Positions 1-9,847 of a stretch of 64,000 nucleotides of DNA are shown piece by piece. Numbering within the stretch: position 1 is the stretch's first letter; each line of letters begins with the position of its first letter. Under the pieces are notes generated by a model that was not told the origin of the DNA, did not search any database, and saw only the letters and a program-made list of their open reading frames with translations. The stretch is from Gnetum montanum (lineage: Eukaryota > Plantae > Gnetophyta), in contig MNCI01000366.1 of NCBI GenBank assembly GCA_015680685.1, positions 157,203-221,202 on the forward strand. The letters are read 5' to 3'. Position numbers and translations under genes: made by a program.

Positions 1-62
1 TCCACATCAATAACAGACACATAACAACACCAAAAAATAGACAGTTACTAAAATTCGCTTAC

Positions 63-692
63 CCGCCTGCGTAGTACACCGTGCCTTGTGGGTTCTGAAA
101 ATAGGTCAAGACATGGCGAGCCNCACACGATGACACTGTAGTTGCGTAGCAAGAACTGCAGAAACTCCAGCGCACCCCGTCGAAACCATATGGCCTTCCC
201 TTGCAACCATGTTTGCGGGAGAGGGACATTGGGGACAATGCGGTTTATACAACACAAAACCCCGACAATATCCAAGACAATCAGAACAGGCTTTAGCGTA
301 ACGCTGTATAGAAAACCCGATACATATATTAACACCTACGTCTACATTTACATGACTAATACAAAAAACTTATAAACTACACCTAGTTATCCAGGCCGAA
401 ATCGCCCAAACCCTTGCAATAACGCAAGGTTCGTCCTTGACGACGGCGGTAGACGCAACCCCATCAAACCCTCGTATTAACCCGAGGTCCACAATTTGAA
501 ACCCACACTCATGCAAAAGATACCACGAAAAGTAGACATTGAAACAAACATAAGCGTGTAAGGAATGACCTACCAGTTCAAAGGCATAGGGTCACGAACA
601 TCGACCAGCGCCTGTGAAACGCGATCCAGATTTTCTTGCACTTCATCGATTTTGGCCAGTTTTGCATTCTTTCTTCTGATCTTTGGTGCCAT
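63..692 (-). CDS. Exons 1-2 of the element A antisense accessory gene (N-terminus and FCP1/NIF-like domain), partial
   Basis: Exon 1 is 692-574 (ATG, MAPKIRRKNAKLAKIDEVQENLDRVSQA..., TG|gtaggt). Exon 2 is 303-63 (tacag|C, VTLKPVLIVLDIVGVLC...RRGALEFLQFLLRNYSVIV..., YFQNPQGTVYYAGG|gtaagc). The splice is in frame and the exons match 21648-22766 in C. The single N at 123 hides part of exon 2. Confidence 0.8.
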
Positions 693-1110
693 TACAACAG
701 ATTTAGAATTTCTTTTCACCATTTAACACTTGCAAACCTTTGCAAAAATCACACACTCTAATCCTCTGCTCTTCCTGCTCTCGCTTAGCAACAATTATGA
801 ATTCAAATTCGCAATAGTAAGCAGCCTCTCCTCATCAAAAACTACTTACTTATATGCGAAGATCACCGACTTGATATCCAATTTAAGCGGGACTTCCCTA
901 AAACGGAACCCGAAAATCAAGATATTAATGCGGCTGATATCACACGCTCCACTGTCCGAAATGAAGTTAAACTACCACATCTTATCATCTCGTAATCAGG
1001 TTGCATTCATTACGGCTTGTTTACAATATTCAAAATTCAGTTAGCCTTCCACGTTCGATGACATCACGTCACCTTTCTCCTAATCATTTATGCACTTGGC
1101 AGTTTTGCAG

Positions 1111-4100
1111 GGTAGACAGCAAATGGACGCAACATTTTCAGAACCCCTAACCTTGACGGGCCCATACGGGAAGGTAGTTAGGCAATTTGACTCCACGTTA
1201 GTAGACATTAACATCCCTTTAGAAGACGTAACCATAGCCGCATCGGAGACGTACCCAGAATGGCCAGAACAGTCGACGCGTACGCTAGACCTGGAGGCTG
1301 GGGACATAACCGAAGATCCCCTCAGTGAGGTTGCTATCGTTACACATAGAGGTGAAGCCAAAATGCTTAAGGTCAGCTCTCTACTAGACCAAAAGATGCA
1401 CGATGCCATAAAACAAGTCCTGCAAGACAACATCACAGTCTTTGCATGGTCATACGAGGATATGCCTGGACTAGACCCCAAGCTAATCCAGCATAACATC
1501 ATCTTAGATCCACAGATCAAAGCAGTTAGGCAAAAGGTACCCAAAATCAAGCCAAAGATTGCGCTAGCCGTGCATGATGAAATCACTAAACTGTATCGGG
1601 CTGGTTTCATCCGCGCAATCAATTACTCGGATTGGGTGTCTAACATTGTAGTTGTCCCAAAGAAGACCAGAAGCATATGCATCTGCATAGACTTTTGGGA
1701 TTTGAACAAAGCTACAATCAAAGATAACTTCCCGCTTCCAAGTATCGATCAACTAGTCGACACGACAGCTGGGCATGCACTTCTATCCTTTATGGATGGT
1801 TTCTCAGGCTATCATCAGATTTGAATCAACCCAGAACATCAATTGACCATGACATTCATGACGCCTTGGGGTACCTTTTGCTACACTATGATGCCTTTTG
1901 GTCTAAAGAATGCCTGAGCAACATATCAGCGAGCCATGACATACATCTTCAGTGATTACCTCCTAGGAAGACTGAATGATTACGTAGACGATATAGCGGT
2001 TAAGTCTTTAAAGTCTGGGGATCATTCAAGAGACCTGGAGTTAGTCCTTAAAAGATGCTCCAAATACGAGCTCTGGCTTAACCCAAAGAAATGCGTATTT
2101 GGAGTCAAAACTGGGCGCATGCTGGGGTTTGTGGTGTCGGAAGCTGGCATACGAGTTGACCCTGATAAGGTTAAAGCCATTGTTGAGCTAACACCTCCCA
2201 TAGACCTTAAGCAATTACGCGGGTTACAGGGACGCCTACAGTTTATACGCCAGTTCATCTCGAGATTAACCGACAAGTTACACCCTATGCAACACTTGCT
2301 GAAAAAAAGGGGTTAATTTTGAATGGACCGACGATTGCCAACGTGCATTTGACAGCTTAAAGCGAGAACTGCAACATCTACCGACAGTTTTCCCACCACA
2401 AAGGGACTTGCCATTTTACATTTACCTCACAACTTCAGACATAGCGTTAGCCACATTACTTTGTCAAAGGAGGGATGATGGGTCAGAAGTGCCCATCTAC
2501 TACTTGAGTCATGCTCTATGTGCGTACGAAACGAGGTATAATGACGTAGAACGTAATTGCCTAGCATTAGTTTTTACGCTTAAAAAGTATAGGCATTATC
2601 TTTTCCGTAGTAAGGTCAACGTCATCTGTAAAAACAACATTCTTAGGGCCATTATGCATAGCTTATACGAGAGTAGTAAAATAGCTCGCTGGAAGGCTAT
2701 CACGGCAGAATTCGATCTGCACTATATCGGCCAATCATCTACGAAAGGCCAAGAAATAGCTGACCAATTAATTACATCACAAATTAACAATCAAGCGACT
2801 ATAGAACCAGAGTTCCCCGACGAACATGTACATAGTTTAAGCCCTATCTTGATAGGTCCCGAAGCAATGTTGTATTTCGATGGAGCTTCAACCGCTAGAG
2901 GTGGCAGTGCTACCACTGTTATTACACTATCACTTGAGGATGTGCGTCTACACGCTTATCGCTTGACCTTCCCCTATACGAACAATGTGGCAGAGTACAA
3001 GGGGCTCCTCAGGGGATTACTAATTGTCAGTGAACTCGATGTTCGACACTTGGCGATTAGGGGCGATTCAATGCTTGTCGTAAATTAGATCACAGGAGTC
3101 TACGCTTGCAAGGCTGTACATTTGCAGCCCTACTGTGATAAGGCTAAAGATCTTCTAAGCCAATTTGTGACCATCGATGTCTAGCACGTGCCACGCACGG
3201 ATAACACACTGGCCGACGCACTGGCAACATTGGCTTTGAACGTGCCTTCACATCTATTCGACACCTGCCCTGCTTTAATAACAGACTGTGCAGATCCTAT
3301 CATTCAGACGACGTAAATCTCTTCTCTTCTCAAGGAAAACACACCTGAATGGTACGACGACATTAAAACTTACCTTTTATAGGGTGAGCTACCATCTGAA
3401 TTAACACACGCGCAGAAAGATGTGATCCGCAAGTGGGCTAGGCAAGACGTCATCATCGGAGATAGCACTCTTTGTAGACGCTCCTTCGATGGCGTGCTGC
3501 TTACTTGCATTAACAAAAACCAAGCGCAGCATATAGTCGACGAAGTTCACGAGGGACTATGCGGCGGCCACGTAGCGCCATGGGCTATGGCCCTAAAAAT
3601 CCGTCGTTTAGGATACTACTGGCCGCACATGGAAAAGGATTGCCTAACAAAGATTAAAAATTGTGACACTTGTCAGCGTCACGCGAATCTCATACACTTG
3701 TCACCTACAGAATTACACACAACGCAGATAACATGGCCATTTCAACGATGGGGACTAGACATCATAGGCCCCATCACGCCGAAATCTTCCACAGGTCATA
3801 GCTTCATTATTACCGCTACTGAGTATTTCACAAAGTGGGTAGAGGCTGTTCCCCTGCGAAGGATCACATCTTAGCAGATTTGCCATTTCATCCTGGACAA
3901 TATAGTAACCAGATTTGGTCTCCCAATGACTATCGTAACCGACAACGGGCCACAATTTAGCAGCATGGAAACCAAATCCTTCTGTGATAACCTGAGTATT
4001 AGACAATCTTTTTCCTCCCCCTATTACCCGCAAGCGAATGGTCAAGCTGAAGCAACGAATAAAGTGATCATCAATCTGCTCAAGAAAATGCTCGACGGCA

Positions 4101-4591
4101 GCAAAAGGCGGTGGCACGAACAGATCCTCTATGTGCTATGGGCGTATCGCACTACGTGTAGGACAGCTACGGGTAGTATGCCCTATAGCCTGGTTTATGG
4201 GTCTGAAGTAGTACTGCCTCTCGAGTTGCAAATTCCTTCCCTGAGAATGGTCCTCTCCACGGTTATAAATAAGGCTCAACACACCAAGTCTCGGATCGCA
4301 GATCTGGATTCAGTAGAAGAGAAGCGGATACAGGCTCTTGACACGATTGAAAAGTATCAAGACAAACAGAGATAGAAGCATCGTCACAACCTTCAGCAAC
4401 GCCCGATCAAGAAAGGAGATCTAGTTCTCAAGGCCATGCACGAACCAGTAGGCAAATTCTCTTCAAAATGGGAGGGCCCCTTCTTGGTGCTTGACGCGTA
4501 CAACAACGGAGCATTCAAATTAGCATACATCAATGGCAGTGAATTACCAAATCTTGTAAATCATGTATATTTAAAGCGGTATTACATTTAG
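1111..4591 (+). pseudogene. pol: pol: RT - RNase H - archaeal-type RNase H - integrase (premature stops, frameshift)
   Basis: RT: CIDFWDLNKA, DNFPLP, FMDGFSGY, YVDD. RH: PIYYLS...ERNCLAL. aRH: LYFDGAS...NNVAEY...GDSMLVV. IN: HEGLCGGH...C..C, WGLDIIGP, TDNGPQF, NGQAE, WEGPF. Stop TAG at 4589-4591. Confidence 0.95.
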
Positions 4592-4629
4592 TGACCTCTA
4601 CAGTGTCAACAGCAGGTATGGCAACCATC

Positions 4630-5047
4630 GTCCGCTACGACGTAAAACTGGCAGCCATTGTCCGCTACGATGCTAAACTGGCAAGTTGTGATCATCTGCT
4701 ACGACGTAAAACTGGCAATGTTGTACAGGTCCACCAAGACAAAAAACTGGCATCTTTTGCACGCGTCCGTCACGATGCTAAACTGGCACTAGCCGTCCGC
4801 CACGACGCTAAACTGGCACAGGCAAGTAGTCATCTGCTGAGACGTAAAACCAGCACAGACTTGTCCCTGGGTCATGAAACGAAACTAACATCCACAGCAC
4901 GGTCTGCTGAGACCATAAATCAGACATACCACCGTCCGCTACGATGTAAAACTAGCACTTCTTAGTCTGCCCAGACTTTAAAATGGGACCATGGTCTACT
5001 GAGACTTAAAACCAGCAACGACAGTCTATCAGGACTTAAAACTAGAA
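4630..5047 (+). repeat. Array of about 13 copies of a 24-bp motif with variable spacers, downstream of integrase (A)
   Basis: Units such as gtccgctacgacgtaaaactggca, gtccgctacgatgctaaactggca and gtctactgagacttaaaaccagca are separated by 5-13 nt non-identical spacers. Confidence 0.92.
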
Positions 5048-6150
5048 CTTGCAGATGGCTGCCATGCAAATCAAGCGAGCATGATCATTTCTGTATAGTT
5101 GCACGACCAACGGGGTGGGATACTTGGGCAATCTTAGCGTCGCCACCCCACCAGCATCCTACTGATTCCTCAGATGAGCTGAGAGGCATCTTACTGATCC
5201 CTTAGAGATGTCGTCGCTGCGCCCACTACAGCGGTGGTACCTCTGAGGGTTTGGTCTCACCAGCCGAAGCCCCAACGAAATCCTCATCGACAATGATCTT
5301 TGCAACCTCCGTCGATCGTCGTTATCAAACCCTAGCTTCCCAAGTTCATCTAGCTGGTTCCCTGCACAACCAGTTAGCTACACTATGTCTGATGCCTTTT
5401 GGCAAAGATATGCGGGGCCAATCGTCAAGATTGGCAGCCCCGGCCTCATGCTCCAGCTCCTTCTTCACGTCCCAATCACTCTATCTCGCATCAAACGGCG
5501 CTCGTTTCAACAACCTCGTCTCTTGTTCGCATGGGCAATGGTTTCCTCTGTTTTCTTTTGTGGTTGTAGGTTACTTGCTTCGAGGGTGTGGTTCAAAGTT
5601 GCATCCATCTAAGCGATGAAGAACACCGGCATTTTGAGATGGCTGCTCAGGTTTTCCCGACCACTTAGAACTGCATACCTATACCTCTCATAATCCTACC
5701 CTTAGCTCTTATTTCATTTCATCCCTACCGCTCGCTTCCCGTATGCAAAAGCTACATATGCAGGCATCCATTTTCCGCACTCGCACTAGCAGAGATATCG
5801 CAGAAGTGATGTGTCGTGCTCCTTTTGCAAGCATTCCTGCTATAATCGGGGATAGAGAAATCTCAGGCTTATGCGCTACGCTCGTCTGAAAGCATTCCTG
5901 TCGACATAAATGTGCGTACATTTCTGTGCGTTCTGTAAGCGCATTCTATACTCCTACCATCGTGACCTATTTTACATCTTCCCTGAACCTATTTCCCACT
6001 ATGTCATTCTATCTTCCATTCCCTCTAGCTTCGCTCTTCCATGTTGACGGGGCAATTCTTGAGTAGCCATGGATGGACGTTGTTCTTTCTTCTACCAATC
6101 CGGTGTTTCGTATTCTTTGTCGACGTCTTTCAGGCAAGCCCTCCAACCAT

Positions 6151-6167
6151 CAACAAAGAGGGGCCAT
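6151..6167 (+). other. Polypurine tract of A
   Basis: caacaaagaggggccat lies directly before the LTR start. The same motif is at 15990-16006 (-) in C. Confidence 0.8.
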
Positions 6168-7632
6168 TGAAACACCGTGAAAATTGCGAGTCGGCCTCAG
6201 GAAAAGATTCGCAACTTAGGCAAGGGCACATGTCAGAATTCTAGAAGGGAGAATAAGACAGAGCAACACAAAGAGGTGCGTAGCATCAATTCTTTGACTT
6301 TCTGTGTAGATTCCTGATCTTTCTATGCTTTTTTCTGTTTACGCTATATCACGCGACGTAGCGTAATGGCACTTAGCATGATTCTGTTTAAACATAGTCC
6401 AGCATCAGAAGGCTAGTTACTTTGGCATAGGGAGAAGCTTGAGCAGCGTAATATGCGACTCCTCGTATATTTTGCTAAGTCTTTTGTTCAAGGCCAGGTT
6501 TACGCTCTGTTACACACAGTAGCGTAATGAGCTCCAAAACAGTCAAAGGCAAAGTCTAAGAAAGCGTGATTGCTCATCATACGCTTATCACGCAACGTAG
6601 CGTATCACAGCGTATTACGTCGCCAAGCTAGACATCGTTTATGCTTCATTACGCACAGCTGCGTAAGTGAGCGTAAAACAGCTTGAATCTATTGTTTCCA
6701 TGTTATATTACGCTCGTTTACGCAACGTAGCGTGAATGAGCGTAATATAACCCAAGGACAGTTGAAATGTGTCAGATGCACATCTGTACTTCACACGCAC
6801 GATACGCAAATAAGTGTATTGTGCGCAGTCATGAAGTTTGACACAAAAATGGTCAGACCAACAGTACCCGATGCATTCGGGACACACGTCATCAAGGTTG
6901 CACCTTTTCCAAGGAGCATCGCAGCCTATAAATACCCCGGTTGACAAAGATACAGGGGTTGGTAAGTTAAAGAAGCAAAGGCATTTTTCTGAGCACGGGA
7001 GCACTTATCACTTTTGAGCAGAGATACAGAGAGCAGCGCTTTGGCAATTGTTGACAGCATCACCTTTCGGCAGAAACAGAGTGCAGTCCGCTTTGAACAC
7101 CGGTAACAGGAGTAATCATTCTGCTAGGGAAGACTCTATTGGTCAGAAATAGTTGATCGGTGGACATCAGAGCTTGACCTTCCTTGCATCCCGGCTTTAG
7201 CCCATGAGGTAGATCGAAGTTCTGTTTGGACAGTTTTCTTGTTGTTTTGTGCTTGATTCACATCAAGTAATCGGGGCCTCCCCACTGTAATGAAATACAC
7301 AAAATATACATTTTTCAAGCCAAAGTGTAGATCTTGGAACTACGTGTTTCTCTTGTGCTAGCCTCCTCTTACTACGTTTTTTGTTATCATCATTGCAATT
7401 CATCTACGTCATTTTTCCCTCGTTTTGCGATTCCTTGAATTAGATCGCTCCACGGAACATTCGTAACCTTCATCGATTTACTGATTAGTAAGTCCCTATC
7501 TGATCGACAAGACCGTTCAGGACACCGCGGATTCGTTTTTCCAGCACAGCCCTCGCATGGATCCATGGTTAAAATTGTGTACACGAAATTTTGTTTGGTA
7601 TTTTCCAGCTGCCGACGTTTTCCGTCGTTACA
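6168..7632 (+). repeat. 3' LTR of A
   Basis: Runs TGAAACACCGTG...CCGTCGTTACA. Has a TATA-like cctataaatacc near 6927 and is homologous to the C LTRs and to 62940-64000. Confidence 0.9.
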
Positions 7633-8756
7633 CATCCTGCTACACTCTAGAGCATAGCTAGCATAGAAAGAATAAGGACTGCAATTTTTACTAGATTCTT
7701 CTAAGTGTCGATGCTACATCCTATCCCTAGGCAGTGTTCCATGTCTCGTGTGTAACATGGGATGAGCGTAGTAGCTAGAGTTAGAAAATTTTTTGAACTT
7801 TTTCTGGTCACCTCTGAACTTAGAAAAAATTCTAAATTTTTCTCATAGTCCTACCTACCACACTGTCACATGGCACCCAATCTACATTTTAGGTTAACCC
7901 TAGCCCTATAAATACCCCTACACCCCAATTTTTTAGGAGGGGCCTTCCATTTTTCACTGATTGGTAATTGGCATTTTGCAATCTTGGCACTTAGCTCCAT
8001 GAGTGAATGAGACCAAGAGCACACCACATAGGCAAAGAGGCATTCCTACACTACACGGTACACCATAGCCCCATTGTAGCCCTACATTGCATGGTATACG
8101 CTAGACCCATTATAGCCCAACAGAACACTGCATGGTACACCATAGTGGCCAACCCAGTAGGCATAGTTCCTCACAACAACCATCAGACTTCATAGCCTAA
8201 CACCATCGAGACTATGACTATGCTTCCATTATGCCTGTTGTACACTATGTACCTTTTGAGACCCTTTTAAAGTTAACTACGCTCCTATTTGGGGTGGTGT
8301 TTCATTTCTCTCTCCCATTTTTAGCATTTTATTGCATTTTTCTTACATCTTTTTGCACTTTTTCACATGTTTTCATACTATACTATGCTTAGGTAGTAGT
8401 CTTTGTGGGTTGACACCATCGCTTCGGTGAAAATCCTTGGCTACGCTCACCCGCATTCCATGGCTACACTCTACACTTAGCACCACAAAGCACTACTTTA
8501 ACACTTAGCACTATTTCATGTTGTTTGCATTTACATTTTGACTAACCACATCACACACCCCCCCCCCCCCCCCCCCCCCCAACCGAATTACATCCATCAC
8601 CCCAATTACAACTAACAAAGTCCCTATTCGATTGACAAGATCATTTAGGATGCTTTGTCCCTATTTCTAGCAAGGCCCTTGCATGGAGGTGAGGTTAAGG
8701 CTATGCATCCATCAATCCCTCAGTGAATCCAGCCACTAATATTTTTGGTCATTCCA
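7633..8756 (+). repeat. 3' part of an LTR of the B/D family (element E or solo LTR), interrupted by A and inserted in B
   Basis: TATA context aaccctagccctataaatacccc near 7900. The U5 end aagtccctattcgattgacaag...tttttggtcattcca is the reverse complement of the B and D LTR ends. No PBS follows. Confidence 0.75.
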
Positions 8757-8921
8757 ACCATTTTGTTGCATGGTCATGCTATGTACTTCTACTTATAGAG
8801 ATGTAATAAAACTTATGCCTTTTGTGATTAGGATTGTATGTGAAATTTCACATTTATTTTACTTCCTATTTAATGTGGATAATGCAACTAGTTCATGTGA
8901 TTAAGCTACTTGTGGATCCCA

Positions 8922-9622
8922 TGCCAGTTTAAGGCCATGGCAGAAGGGCCATTGCTAGTTTAAGGCCATTTCAAGTCATGGAAATTACTAGTTTAAGGTT
9001 GTTTTGGGCCATGAATAAGAGGAAAAGGTTGTCAGTTTTGGGTCATGGCGAGCTGCAAGGTTCTAGTTTTAGGCCATGGCAAGCCGCATGCTAGTTTAAG
9101 GCCTTTTTGAGCCATGGTGATGTGAGAAAGGTTGCCAGTCTAAGGCCATGGTGTACCATACACTAGTTTATGTTCTTTTTAGGCCATTTACATTACAAAG
9201 AAGGTGGCCAATATTAGTCTATGGTGGATCATGCACTATTTTAAGGTCTTTGTAGGCTATGGGCTAGTTTAAGGGCCTGTTAGCAATTCGTTAGTTTAAG
9301 GCCTTTTCAAGCCACAAGCTAGTTCAAGGCCTTTTTGGGCCATGCATTAGTTTAAGGCCTTTTTGGGCCACATGTTATTTTAAGGCCTTTTCATTCCATG
9401 TGTTAGTTTAAGGCCTTTTCAGGCCACACATTAGTTTAAGGCCTTTTCAGACCACATGTTATTTTAAGATCTTTCTAGGCCATGTGTTATTTTAAGGCCT
9501 TCTCAGGCCATGTGTTAGTTTAAGGTCTTTTCAAGCTACATTTCAGTTTAAGGCCTTTTCAAGCCATGCATTAGTTTAAGGCCTTTTTGGACCACAAATT
9601 AGTTTAAGGCCTTTTTGGGCCA
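8922..9622 (-). repeat. Tandem array of tagtttaaggcc...ggcc units just downstream of the B protease
   Basis: About 20 units, e.g. ttagtttaaggccttttcaggccacaca. The period is about 28 nt in the right half and longer and variable in the left half. Confidence 0.93.
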
Positions 9623-9847
9623 TGTCTTTTTTTTTTTTTTTTGCAATTTTAATTTTGTGAATTTTTAGGTGTTTTTGATGTTTTTCTAATGCATAAAAAG
9701 ACCAAAAATAAATGAGTGTGTAACAAAGTGAATAACATAAGATGCAAGAAACCATGCAAAATTTAGCTACGCAAGCAAAATGGTAATGGGGCATGCAAAA
9801 ATTGAGGGCAAGTAGGCACCTAGCACATGTTGCACTAAGGGGGTACC

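Larger units (their letters stand above)
1..7632 (+). mobile_element. Tat-type Ty3/gypsy LTR retrotransposon A (5' part outside window)
   Basis: Contains the antisense-gene exons, RT-RH-aRH-IN pol, repeat array, PPT (caacaaagaggggccat) and a 3' LTR TG...CA. It is colinear with full-length element C. Confidence 0.93.

Noticed and set aside
100-140. Apparent internal deletion of the NIF exon in A
   Set aside because: The junction coincides with a single N at 123, so it is likely an assembly gap.
1080-4117. Minus-strand ORFs overlapping the A pol (also + strand ORFs 19875-20156 and 20817-21071 over the C pol)
   Set aside because: These are shadow ORFs of pol with no independent motifs.
4591-4965. 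124-aa ORF over the array
   Set aside because: It has a non-ATG start and a repetitive peptide arising from the repeat units. No domain is recognisable.
4630-5047. CRISPR array
   Set aside because: Spacers are only 5-13 nt, repeats are degenerate, there are no cas genes, and the context is a eukaryotic retrotransposon.
8558-8580. Poly-C run / G-quadruplex candidate
   Set aside because: It is a homopolymer expansion in one LTR copy and is not seen in the homologous B and D LTRs.
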